Shown in pieces: positions 1 through 11,432 of a stretch of DNA of 64,000 nt (within the stretch, counting starts at the first letter, position 1; each line of letters starts with the position of its first letter). A model generated the notes under the pieces. The model ran no database searches. It was not told where the DNA came from and saw only the letters and a list, made by a program, of their open reading frames with translations. The position numbers were made by a program, and so were the translations under genes. This stretch comes from Octopus sinensis (lineage: Eukaryota): the NCBI RefSeq assembly GCF_006345805.1, contig NC_042997.1, positions 170,066,001 through 170,130,000 on the forward strand, given 5' to 3'.

Positions 1-983
1 CCCAAAGGTCCGGATAGCAGAGTGGTTGACAGCATACAAGGATATATTGGAAAGATCAGCCTTGGTCAAGGTAAAACCTAAGGGCCAAATGCTCACACTG
101 GCTCCAGTATCAACCATAAGAGACTTAGAAGAGATGATGTCTCTTACGAAAAAAGCACAATACAGAGTAGAACTGACCGCGAGGACCTCTGACGTGCCCT
201 GGGCCTTCCATGTTAGTTTTCCTATGGAGAGTAAAAACATGGCTGTATACATCATCTGGCTTGGTTCTTGAAATGCCAATGGTACCTACAGTGTGAGGTG
301 TTCGGAAAGATTGCCTGACTGCAAGGAGAGGAAGAATGATACCTAAAACATGGTCTGGAAGAATGAACATTACACATGTGTGAAATTTAGTGTGCCAAGT
401 CCTTAATGCCCTTGAGGGTTGCTGTATGACCTGAAAGTTCCACAGTGGAGGAGTCCTGGGCAGCTGAAGAAGAAGAAGCAACAGCTACTACTCTGCTGGC
501 TGTGGAAGATTCCCTGGAGAATTCCAGTATCTTGTCCACCAACATAGCTATCTGGTCCATCAAGCTGCCTTCCACCATCAGAGCTAAAATCAGTTGCACA
601 TTGAGCGGCCAAGAGAAGAATAACTGTTTCACAAAGGAGCTTTCTTCCATAGAACCATCAGCTAACTCGTGGATACAGTGCAAAAATTCAGTCAGGGACC
701 TGTCCCCGAGATGCTCATCTTCCAGGAGCATACAGAAGCAGCTTTCGGAGGATTTGGAATTTCTGCAGAGCACTTCCACCTTAATAGATCTGTAGGAGGC
801 ATCAGGTAGAGTATCCTTGATGAGGTCCTTGATTGTAAGTGCAAGAACAGAAGGGATGCCACTAATTACAATGTACAGTCATTGCTGAGCTGATTGAATG
901 TTGTTTGCCATAAAGTAAGACTTGAGTTGGGTGAACCGCATGCATGTGTCACCATGATAGTGGGGAAGTGTGGTACGACTCAT
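1..983 (-). mobile_element. Ty3/Gypsy LTR retrotransposon remnant: gag and aspartic protease, with stops; continues off the window edge
   Basis: Minus frame from ATG 983 reads MSRTTLPHYHGDTCMRFTQLKSYF...(TGA 881)...LLEDEHLGDRSLTEFL...QLFFSWPLNVQLILA...IAMLVDKILE, the gag type with LPPFW-DP-LWF-Q-E, LGDR-PS and LA--ADK motifs. The same frame gives CRYHWHFKNQAR*CIQPC at about 290-237 (CWYH--FG--A-KC--PC knuckle). Another frame gives FVRDIISSKSLMVDTGASVSIWP...LYAVNHSAIRTFG, with protease DTG at 111-103. Confidence 0.88.
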
Positions 984-1373
984 CTTCTGAAGAGAAAACT
1001 GAAACACACATGCAGAAGGAATACAAGCCAATCAAAACCAAAATCCAGAAAATGTGGTAGGGAAGAAAATTCCACAAGTGGCAGTGAGAATGTGAGATGA
1101 AGACAAGGATGAAAAAGAAACACAAAATTGTACCTGAGTATAAAGAATGCGTATAAATGATCCTGAAGAAAATTTCAAGTGACAAAGGAAGAATACATGA
1201 TGTCAACTTGAACCAGTAGACCAAAACTGTAAGAAGAATGTATGGTTTCCATGCCAGCAGAAAGAGCTGGAAAATACCACATTGTATAATTGTACAGAGT
1301 TATAGTCTAGGCGGTGAGAGTTCTCCAGAATACAACAATTTCAGCAGAAATTCCTGGTATAGAAAAATATGCA

Positions 1374-1382
1374 GGGTCACCA
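1374..1382 (-). promoter_or_regulatory. Putative primer-binding site of the Gypsy remnant
   Basis: TGGTGACCC on the minus strand about 390 bp upstream of the gag ATG; this is the usual PBS start for this element class. The upstream LTR boundaries could not be fixed. Confidence 0.5.
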
Positions 1383-2008
1383 TAAGAAGTTGTTAACACA
1401 TGTTAAACCATGAAGAAAACATGTCTGAAGTTGAAAAGTGAGAAGAAATGCATATTCTGAGTTGGATTCACCACTGTTGCAAGGTTATCAATGTTACAAA
1501 TGATGGTTGGTTACTGTAACCTTGAACCTTCATCCAATATAAAAAGAATTGAGGCTATGACATGTCCTGGTTACTGCTGGAACCAGAGATTAATTAAGAA
1601 GCAAAAATCCTCATGTACGAAGGATCAAAAGGCATTCTTGGAATAAACTAAAGAGACTTCCTTGAACTTCACAAATAATTTAATACAATTCAGCACAGGT
1701 GGAAATTCACTGATGACATACTTCAGTTGAAGCAGTACACAAATAGAAAAGTGTACATATCTTCCCTTGTCGCATTCTGTGTGAGGAAATTAAATTAATA
1801 ATGTATGAGGGGATTTTGTACGCCACTTAGGCTTACTTCTAGTGAATGAGTAAGCCATGCACATGGTGTGCAACTTGATAACTTTGAAATACTAGGCTGC
1901 TCCTCTGAGGTATTTGTTTGCTTAGGCCCATGTAGTAAAAACTGTGCGCTCTCAAACACAGAGACATATTTAGGTTGAAGTCCAACGGTTGAAAAGAGAG
2001 CAAAATCC

Positions 2009-2235
2009 GGTGAGCTGGCAGAAATGTTAGCACGCTGAGCGAAATGCTTAGCGGTATTTTGTCTGCTGTTACGTTCTGAGTTCAAATTCTGCCGAGGTCG
2101 ACTTTGCCTTTCATCCTTTCAGGGTCGATAAATTAAGTACCAGTTACACACTGGGGTCAATGTAATCGACTCAATCCCTTTGTCTATCCTTGTTTGTCCC
2201 CTCTATGTTTAGCCCCTTGTGGGAAATAAAGAAAT
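2009..2235 (+). mobile_element. Full-length SINE, family B (GGCGAGCTGGCAGAA head, GCCTTTCATCCTTTCGGGGTCGATAAA core, GTGGG-AATAAAGAAAT tail)
   Basis: 15-bp TSD AAGAGAGCAAAATCC at 1994-2008 and 2236-2250. Many copies occur across the window. The core resembles the Meta-SINE domain (from memory, unverified). Confidence 0.9.
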
Positions 2236-2921
2236 AAGAGAGCAAAATCCTGCAGCTATTCAACATATAGCCCCAAAGACTGCTGGCAACTAAAAAATCT
2301 TGAACATTCCACGGCTCAATGAGATTAGTAAAAGGGACATAAATCTGATTTCTTGGAAGCTTCTAAAATGTTTGCCAAGGAAAATCACTGTGGGTGACTT
2401 CCATGGTTCGCCAGCATAAAAGAGGTAATAATAAACCTGTTGCGAATTACATAACTCCTACAAGTTCAAAATTAGCAAGTCCAAGGGAGCAAAGATCCAA
2501 GTACTAGTGGTGGTGGTCATGGTTATTGTGGTGATGATGATGGTGGTGGTGGTGGTGGTGATAGTAGTGATTGTGGTTGGTGATGGCAGTGGCAGCCATA
2601 GAGAGAAGAGTTAACTTAATGAAAGACCAGTAGTTATAGGTTAATGAGTGAACATTTGTATCAATCAGAATACTTTTCTCATAGATCTACAACAGGTGTC
2701 GGTAGCCTTCTTCTGTTCATAGGCCAGACAGCTGTGAGGTGATAACCATTAAACTATTATGTTCTATAATATCTATAGATACCATAATTTCATTTGGGGA
2801 CTACAAGTTGGATCATTTTGACTGGTAGGTCAGCTTAGGTCACAAGGCCTCAAATTGCCAATTTGTATTTGTGTGATAGAAAAAGCAAGAGAGAGTACAT
2901 GAGTGAATGCAATGGGTTTAA

Positions 2922-3134
2922 CTCATTAGTATTCAGATTACTCGGTCACATGTGATGCTTATTATTGATGTTCTTTCTAATTAATCATGAATTATCTTGT
3001 AGCTTCAAGATTTCAAAGATGTGATTCTTTATTTTTTAGAATAACTTCCTTGGGTAGGTGTGAGAGGTTGGATCTGGTCAGTTTGAACTGGCAGAATATT
3101 TGGGCCAGATATGGCCTGTTTAAATGCTAAAGGG
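2922..3134. mobile_element. piggyBac-like MITE (about 210 bp), decayed copy
   Basis: Same internal sequence, in reverse orientation, as the 14224-14443 copy; ends in AATGCTAAAGGG; TTAA on the left side. Confidence 0.6.
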
Positions 3135-3195
3135 TAATGTATTAGGTGTTTAAGTAGTACTCTAGTTTAGAGGTTTGGTCATGGATTAGTAACCT

Positions 3196-3428
3196 ATTTC
3201 TTTACTACCCACAAGGGGCTAAACACAGAGAGGACAAACAAGGACAGACAAACGGATTAAGTTGATTATATCAACCCCAGTACGTAACTGGTGGTTATTT
3301 AATCGACCCTGAAAGGGTGAGAGGCAAAGTCGACCTCGGCAGAATTTGAACTCAGAATGTAGCAGCAGACGAAATACCGCTAAGCATTTCGCCCAGCGTG
3401 CTAACGTTTCTGCCAGCTCGCCGCCTTT
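3196..3428 (-). mobile_element. Full-length family B SINE
   Basis: 11-bp TSD ATTAGTAACCT at 3185-3195 and 3429-3439. Confidence 0.9.
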
Positions 3429-3746
3429 ATTAGTAACCTTTTAAGACTTTGTCTTTGGAAAGAAGACTTAGACTTTTGAACTCATTGTTTTTGCCATGTG
3501 AAGTATGTACAACTTTCATAAAAGATTCTCAAGTTTTTGTGTTTAGCCTTTATGAAGATGCTGATGATTTGTATTGTGTATTTATTGTTCATGGATATGA
3601 TGCGAATTGTGGGTTTAATTCTAATTAAAAGATAGTGCAGATCAAATTGTCCAATTGAAATAAGTAGGGAAGAAATAGAAAAAGACGATAGTTTAATCCT
3701 ACATTAAAAAGGACAATTTGATTATATAATACCATAATTGGCAGGT

Positions 3747-3830
3747 TTCATGATTTGCAAGGAAGCAAATTACCAGGTATATTTTATGTTCATGATTTGC
3801 AAGGAAGCAAATTACCAGGTATATTTAATG
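3747..3830. repeat. 42-bp tandem duplication
   Basis: TTCATGATTTGCAAGGAAGCAAATTACCAGGTATATTT is identical at 3747 and 3789. Confidence 0.9.
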
Positions 3831-4116
3831 TGTATTTATATACTTTTTCAAAATGAGACTTTTATTATTTAACCACCATAATTGTTAGTGTATGACCTAA
3901 TTTTTAGTTTTAGTAGTTGCAGTTTCATTCACAATGTTTATGTCCTTAAAAAAGTATTAAGTGTCATGCAAAAATCATTTCCCTCTTGCTTATAAACTTG
4001 AAGCACAATGTCTTATTGAGAACCATCATAATTCTTGTTTTTATATCCACATTTCTCCATTTTTTTGTTTCGGTTAGATATGCATGCCTACAAAACAAAC
4101 ATGTTTTCTATCATCT

Positions 4117-4343
4117 TATTTCATTACTGCCCACAAGGGGCCACACACAGAGGGGACAAACAAGGACAGACAAATGGATTGAGTTGATTATATCGACCCC
4201 AGTGCATAACTGGTACTTATTTAATCGACCCTGAAAGGATGAAAGATAAAGTCAACCTTAGGGAATTTGAACTCAGAACATAGTGGCAGATGAAATACTG
4301 CTAAGCATTTCGCCTGATGTGCTAACGTTTCTGCCAGCTCACC
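4117..4343 (-). mobile_element. Full-length family B SINE
   Basis: 15-bp TSD TGTTTTCTATCATCT at 4102-4116 and 4344-4358. Confidence 0.9.
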
Positions 4344-4831
4344 TGTTTTCTATCATCTGTCAACTCCTGAATTATGTTGTGATGTTGAAGCTTTAGAGGA
4401 AAATTATATCAACCACAGAGCTCAACTGGTACGCATTTTCTCAACCCATTGATAGAATTTGAAAATAATGGTTTCAAATTTTGGCATAAAACCAGTAATT
4501 TTAGGGGAAAGGAATTTTGAACTCAGAACATAAGGAGCCAGATGAAATGTTACTAAACATTTTGTTTGACTTGCTAACATTTCTACCTGTTTGCCATTCA
4601 ATATATAATAATATCTTTTATTTTGGCACTAGATAACTTGTGCATTGTAAAAGTGAAGGGCAAAACTGAGCCAAACAGGATTTCAAGGAAGACACTAGAT
4701 ATAATAAAGTGTTATATGCAGTGATGTTCTCTTTGTGTTACCCAACCACCTTGAAAATAATAAAGATAATAATCATTTCTTACATTGGTACAATGACAAA
4801 AATTTTTAATCAGATTTATAGTCAACTTAGG

Positions 4832-4985
4832 TGCAGGAGTGGCTGGAACCACATGGTTCCGGGTTCAGTCCCACTGCGTGGCACCTTCGGCAAGTGTTGT
4901 CTACTATAGCCTCGGGCCGACCAAAGCCTTGTGAGTGGATTTGGTAGACAGAAACTGAAGGAAGCCCGTAGTATATATGTATACA
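4832..4985 (+). mobile_element. Head portion of a tRNA-derived SINE (family C)
   Basis: GGTTCAGTCCC B-box-like motif followed by the GGCAAGTG...AAAGCCTTGTGAGTGG body and (TA)n; same as the head of the 20490 copy. Confidence 0.8.
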
Positions 4986-5009
4986 TATATATATAACTTG
5001 GTTTTGTAC

Positions 5010-5450
5010 TCTTACTCTTTCTCTTTTTACTCTTTTACTTGTTTCAGTCATTTGACTGCGGCCATGCTGGAGCACTGCCTTTAGTCGAGTAAATCGACCC
5101 CGGGACTTATTCTTTGTGAGCCCAGTACTTATTCTATCGGTCTCTTTTGCCGAACCGCTAAGTGACGGGGACCTAAACACACCAGCATCGGTTGTCAAGC
5201 AATGCTAGGGGGACAAACACAGACACTCAAACATATACACACACATACATATATATATACATATATACGACAGGCTTCTTTCAGTTTCCGTCTACCAAAT
5301 CCACTCACAAGGCATTGGTCGGCCCGGGGCTATAGCAGAAGACACTTGCCCAAGATGCCACGCAGTGGGACTGAACCCGGAACTATGTGGTTGGTTAGCA
5401 AGCTACCTACCACACAGCCACTCCTGTGCCTATATATATGTATATATATA
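5010..5450 (-). mobile_element. Full-length family C SINE (tRNA-like head, internal TA/CA microsatellite, AAAAGAGT-type tail)
   Basis: Near-perfect 20-bp direct repeats TATATAACTTG(G/T)TTTTGTAC at 4990-5009 and 5451-5470; same module order as the 20490-20890 copy. Confidence 0.85.
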
Positions 5451-6769
5451 TATATAACTTGTTTTTGTACCTTATTTATATATAAAATACGGATGCCAGT
5501 CATTGATATTATTATTAAAGTGCTATGCTGGCAGAATTATCAGCATATTAGACTAAATGCTAAGTAGCATTTCTTCCAGCTTTATCTTCTGTATTCAAAT
5601 ACCACTGAGGTCAAGTTTTCTTTTTATCTTTTTGGGGTCGATAAAATAAGCACCAGCGGAACACAGGGATCGAAATAATTGACTTCCCCCTCCCCTCAAA
5701 ATTGCTTGCCTTGTGTCAAAATTAGAATTTTCTTCTGGTCGAGTAACCCAGCCCACTCAAAAGGTCCCTGAATAAAGATTGTTTAAGGATGTTGAACGAA
5801 ACACCCATGTTTCCAGAGGTGAATTATTCAAACCCCATAGAATCCTTCTCAACACATGGCCATGATGCTCCCCAACTACTTCTGCTCGTGATCAGAGATG
5901 CACATATCGTCAGCCACTAATGGACATGGTCAACTGGTTAAGGTCAAACAACTGACAAGCAAATCTGTGGTATTGAGCAGAATATTTGCTGTAGCCCATC
6001 TTTTATACCAAGACAAAACAATGTACATGATAACATTTCCAATCAGTTAAGATCAGAAGCCATGAGAGCCACTGTCTGGTACTGCATCAGGGCATAATAA
6101 TTTATTATTATTATTATAATGATAATAATTATTATTATTATTATTAAGGTGACAAGCTGGCACTCATTTGCGCATAGAACAAAATGCTTAGTGGCCTTTC
6201 ATCCGTCCTTAGGTTCTGAATTCAAATCTGCCAACATCAACTTTGCCTTTCATCCTTTCCTTTCGGGGTTGAAATAAGTACCAGTTATGCACTGGGGTCG
6301 ATTACATCGACTAGCCTCCTCCCCCAAATTTCAGGCCTTGTGCCTACAGTAAAAAGGATTATTATTATTATCATTAATTTTGTCAAGGTCAACTTTGCCT
6401 TTCATCCTTTCAGGGTTGATAAATTAAGTGCCAGTGAAACACTAGGGTTGATGAAATCGATTAGTCCCCAAAAGTTCAAGCCTTGTACCTTTAGTAGAAA
6501 GGATTATTATTATTATTATAATTATTATTATTATTTCATAAGGCAGTAAGATTACAGAACTGTTAGCACACCAGACAAAATATTTAGCAGCATTTCATGA
6601 CTTGCTGAGTTCAAATTCTGCTGAGATGGATTTTGCCTTTTGTCCTTTCAAGGTTGATAAAATAAGTACCAGCCAAGTACTGGGGTCAATGTAATCAACT
6701 TATCCCCCACTTCAAAAACTGCTGGCCCTGTACCAAAATTTGAAACCATTATTATTATTATTAAAGCAC

Positions 6770-7235
6770 TGGGGATTGCTAACAAATGTGTCATATACAC
6801 ATATAAGCGAAATCTGAAAAATAAAGCTTATCAAAATCTTACAAAAATATGATATCTCCAGTATCCAAAGCAGGCTGCTGAGAATTCAGTGCAGATGAGT
6901 AGGACATGTTCAAATGAAAGATGATCACATTCCCAAAATTTCTTTTGTATGGCCAACAAGTAGAGGGATACTACAGTAAAGGAAGACCTATTCTCAGGTA
7001 TAAGAATAAGTTAGAGCAATCACTAAAGTCTCTACAGCTTAACTTGATATCTTGGGAAAGTCATTGCCTCAATCAATCTGCATGGTATGAAATCGATCTG
7101 CATGCATCAAAACAATTTGAGTTGAAGAAACAGAACAATAAAAGAATTATATCCTACAATCAACAGATACATTTGCCTAATCCCAGACAAAATCAAATCA
7201 AGTGTCCCTATTGTGACTTCATAGCAAAATCCATA
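6770..7235 (+). mobile_element. RTE-clade LINE, C-terminal ORF fragment
   Basis: Reads ...HIPKFLLYGQQVEGYYSKGRPILRYKNKLEQSLK...SWE...CPYCDFIAKSIPGLKLH, the RTE C-terminal pattern LPK--LYG-L--G-R--GRP--RYKD with a terminal CCHH finger; stops upstream. Confidence 0.75.
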
Positions 7236-8839
7236 CCTGGACTCAAATTACATTTATGCATCCATTGCAAAGAGATGCAGTTTCTTCTGTTGTTTATTTT
7301 TAAGTTTTCTCTTTTTTTCTTAAAATCCTCTCCTTCAAACACTCATGCATCAAAATTGACAGGAGCGACCATCAGTATTATTATTTCATACTTCTGTTAT
7401 TATTTTCCCAATTTGTGCTATTCATTTTGCATGTTACATTTTAGTCATGCATTTCATCTCTCCATGGCTCAATAAAATAACCACTAGTCAAGCAACAGGG
7501 CTTTTAAATAAATTACATCTACTCTCAAAAATTTGTGATCTGGATTACAAATCCTATGTTACACCTTTCCAAGTGTTGATAAGTACCAGTACTATATTAA
7601 ATAAATCAATTACGCTCTCCCTCTACAAATGTGTGTCCATGTGCCAATAGATGAAATCGTTGTTACTAAATATTTTTAAAGGCAGTGAAGTAGTGTGCTG
7701 AGTTACGGCCCTTTACATTCTGGGTTCTTGTCGAAGCCAGCTTTCACTTTTATATCGTCGCACTTAGTAAAATAACGTACCAGTCAAGTATTAACATTGA
7801 TTAAATTGCCTAATTCTTTCCTCTAGAATGTCAGGCCATTTGTGCTTATATGTTACACACACTGACTGCTACTACTACTACTATTTCATAAGGCAGTGAA
7901 CAGGCAGAACTGTTTGCACACCAGGCAAACTGTTTAGCAGTATGTCATGTTTTTACATTCTGAGTATATACACGCAAAACATAAAAATGTGTAGAGTGCA
8001 GGTAGTATTAGCAGTAGTAGTAGTAGTAGTAGTAGTAGCAGCAGCAGCCGTTCAAAAAGTTGGACCTGGAGATCCCCATTTCCATCGAATTCGAGGGCCA
8101 CCTCCCAGTGGAGTCAGGCGTCAATGAAGAACCCTCGACTACAACAAGACGGACCAAAGTTTTTTTTTTTTCTAAGGTCTGGGGTCTCCAGCCCCTAAGC
8201 CCTCGACCATAATCTAATCACCCTTAACTGTCTTGTTGCTTAACAACAACAACAACACCAGCAGCAGCAGTAGTAGTAGTAACAACAACAAAGGGCGCTG
8301 AGTTTGCAGAATTATTAGTACACTGGAGAAAAATGCTTTGCAACATTGCTTCTGGCTTTAAGTTCTGAGTTCAAATTCTGTTGGGGTTAACTTTACCTGT
8401 CACCTTTTTGAGGTTGATAAAATAAATACCAGTCAAGAACTGGAGTTGATAGCACCCTTCCCCAAAATTTTAAGCCTTGTGCCTACTGTATAAAATTATT
8501 ATTATTACTGTTCATGTTAAATGACATTTTACAGGAATTGGTTCTCAGTAAAACACCTGAATATTACATAAGATGAAGAACTTTCTCAGATTGTTAGCAG
8601 TTCCCAATAATGCAATCTTCTGAAACTGTCTAGTACCATTGTCTACCGGGAAGCTACTCAAAATGTCTGTTGGATTTGTTCTTAAAGATGATGAAAGCTT
8701 CAAGACAACTAGCACTGTTTTGATTTTATTGTTCCATATTTTTTTTTATTACAATCTCCAAGTCATGATGTTTGCTAATCTCCTCAGGTTCCTCAATTAA
8801 ATGATTAACATTATCTGGGATTGCTATCTCAGTACTTAC

Positions 8840-9185
8840 TTGTACTTGTGGCAACATTCACCCTGGGCGGGTTGAGTCGGCTTCTTCTCATGGAAGAAGT
8901 TTCGTGGGAATATGTGGATTTCACAAGTGGTCCCCAACAATCCCACATGTAGAGACATCCTGTTTGTCACAGATTGTCTGCAAACGCAGGGACAGAACGA
9001 CCGAAGAGCCGCATGTTGCCGAAACAGACACTCCGAGGATTTTCATCAGAGCCCCATCTGCTGGGTTGTGGCCCTAATACCACTCGGTGTCAGACCAATC
9101 CGCCTTGGGTGGCCCTACCAGGAACCAAAGTTCTGGATGGCATAGCTCTGACACTACCTGTTGCCAGCGTCCCCACCACGGCTAC
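8840..9185 (+). mobile_element. GC/CpG-rich repeat, probably the 5-prime UTR of an RTE-type element
   Basis: Sharp compositional contrast with the flanks. GGCCCTACCAGGA...GCATAGCTC...CCCCACCACG resembles RTE 5-prime UTRs (from memory). Confidence 0.35.
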
Positions 9186-9346
9186 ATATGTTTAATAGCT
9201 ATGTCCCACATGCTTGTTATGAAATTACTGTGATCATATATATATATAAGTTTGAACCAACATTAACTTGTTTCAGAATGTTCTTCCTTGAAATTCAGTT
9301 ATACAATTGCTTTGCTGCTTTATATCTATGCAGTTATTGAAGAAAT

Positions 9347-9649
9347 TGTTTGTTCCTTCTCGAGCCATGCCTGGCTCATTAGCGCCGGTTTCCCGGTTTC
9401 CTTGGCGTATAGGTTCCCCACCTGGACAGGACACCAGTCTGTCGCAGATGAGCTGCAAGATACGGGAGGAAAGAGTGAGAGAAAGTTGTGGCAAAAGAGT
9501 CAACAGAAGTTTGCCATTACCTTCTGCCAGAGCCGCATGGAGCTTAGGCATTTTGCTCATAAACACATACATCGCCCAGTCTGAGATTCGAACCCACGAT
9601 CCCTCGACTGCGAGTACGCTGCTCTAACCACTAGGCTATGTGCCTCCAC
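9347..9649 (-). mobile_element. Young full-length tRNA-derived SINE
   Basis: A box TAGCCTAGTGG, B box GGTTCGAATC, ACAA tail, CpGs intact, 12-bp TSD TATTGAAGAAAT at 9335-9346 and 9650-9661. Confidence 0.9.
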
Positions 9650-10189
9650 TATTGAAGAAATAATAACTAAAAAATGTATTTGATATTGAGTGTGAGATGT
9701 GAAACAGTTGGTATGATAAAAGAAGGAGCCAGTGTATCAAGTTCAGCAAAAGAGATTGCTGGATAAAGTACTAGATTTCAAAATGTAAGAGCTGGGATCA
9801 ATTTGTTTGACTAGGCCCTTTAAGGCAGTGCCTCAACACAGCCTCAGTCAAATGACTGAAACAAATATAAAAGAAATTAAAAATAAAAAGATGCATTTGC
9901 ACAATAAATTATATCTATTATAGCTCATAGATAATAGAAAGTACACATGTGAGTGTAAATTTAAAATGAATTCAATCAGAATTCCATTTCATAGATGGCA
10001 TTCAGTATGAATTAATATAAAAACATAGAGTAAATATATTAATAGAAAATTTATTCATTACTTGTTGATAAATCTAGTGTCAACAAAAAAAAAAAATCCC
10101 AAGTTTAACTTACAAATATAATTTTCAAAAATATCTTATATATATATACATTCATACACATGAATAAATTAGATTTATATATTAATGAC

Positions 10190-10289
10190 TAAATGTTTTG
10201 ATATATATCACATATATATGTATATGTGTATGTGTGTATATATATATATAAATATATATATTATGTGTAAATGTATGTATATGTGTATC

Positions 10290-10322
<33 letters not shown>

Positions 10323-10325
10323 TAT
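10190..10325. repeat. Compound (TA)/(TG) microsatellite
   Basis: Seen directly. Confidence 0.9.
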
Positions 10326-10967
10326 AAACATTTTGTAAACACTAATTTGAAATTTAAAAAGAAAATTCCAAATGACTTAGATCTGAACCAGATATCATTT
10401 GTTGTTATTGATTAAATCACATTCTATTTATATCAAGTATTTCTTGAGGTAATTCTTACCAAGGTATTGAATAAAGATTATTTAGCTTAGAGGCAAGGGT
10501 ATAGTGGGGTTTAAAACTTGAGTAAAAGTAAAAACATTTATACCTTAATTTAAGATAGAATCTAATTTAAACTCAGTGTGGTGCAATTACTAATGCAGTC
10601 AGATAACTAACAGAATCCCATCATTTGGTTTGTTCTTTTTCAAATTCAAATTAGTTGTTTTTGCTGTTTAATACCAGTTCAACCTTGACTGAGCAGGTCT
10701 ATGATCAAAAGCATTCCAGCTATGACCATCCTGTCCTTTCTTTTTTTTTTAGTGGGTATCGAGGACTACATTACCTACAGTATATTTCACTTTTTGGAAA
10801 TTTTGGGAAATGATTTGTGGAAGATTTGGCTGCTATTTTGTAGCAGGTCAAGTAAGCCCCTTGACTGACTCAAATAGCAAAAGAACCTTAATACTCTTTG
10901 TGTGTGTGAGTGTATAATATGTGTAATATGCCCTATCTTTAGAAATGAAGTTAGAATAAATATCAAT

Positions 10968-11432
10968 TCAGTATGGTGGTAGATTATTGGTTAAATAAAG
11001 TAAAGCAGCTGTTGTTTCATTAGTCTGAACCAAAGGTTGTTGAATATTATCGCCATTCTGATCATAAGTGACGCCTATTGGGGAAGCAGCCATCACTTCT
11101 TGTACTAAAACTTCGTGCTCTTGACATGTTGAAGCATCATTGGTAAAGCTCTGCACAGAGACTTGTTGCAAATTAGAGCAACTGTCATGTGACTCGATGT
11201 GTGGTAAGACACACTGGACATCTGATCCATCATGTGTCCGCTTATGTCTCATGAGTGCATAATTTGTATTGAACCGTTTATCACAAAGTGAGCAGTTGTA
11301 GGACCGAGGATTCACATGGATGGACTGAATGTGTTTCTGTTGAACTGAACGTGTTTTGAATGAAGCCCCACAGTAGTGACATAAGTGTGCTCGGATATTT
11401 GAGTGCATTGTCATATGTTCATTTAGATGAGC
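10968..11432 (-). CDS. AT-hook/C2H2 zinc-finger protein, last coding exon (end of finger 7, fingers 8-9, C-terminus)
   Basis: Acceptor TTTCAG|GCT, phase 0. AHLNEHMTMH completes the finger begun in the previous exon; CHYC...HIQSIH and CSLC...HKRTH follow; TGA at 10970-10968. Confidence 0.93.
   Translation of the reverse strand, partial: AHLNEHMTMHSNIRAHLCHYCGASFKTRSVQQKHIQSIHVNPRSYNCSLCDKRFNTNYALMRHKRTHDGSDVQCVLPHIESHDSCSNLQQVSVQSFTNDASTCQEHEVLVQEVMAASPIGVTYDQNGDNIQQPLVQTNETTAALLYLTNNLPPY

Noticed and set aside
445-795. Plus-strand acidic ORF (MEESWAAEEEE...) and ORF 26-271
   Set aside because: Antisense shadows of the Gypsy gag and protease on the minus strand.
6921-7475. 184-aa ORF with a CPYC...H...H finger as a second zinc-finger gene
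   Set aside because: The upstream residues follow the RTE LINE C-terminal pattern, there are stops just upstream and there is no exon structure.
8850-8860. GGCAACATTC identity to the hepatitis delta ribozyme
   Set aside because: A 10-mer match without the P1-P3 architecture; compatible with chance.
9575-9649. tRNA gene
   Set aside because: A and B boxes are present, but there is no acceptor-stem pairing; it continues into a SINE body and sits within a TSD.
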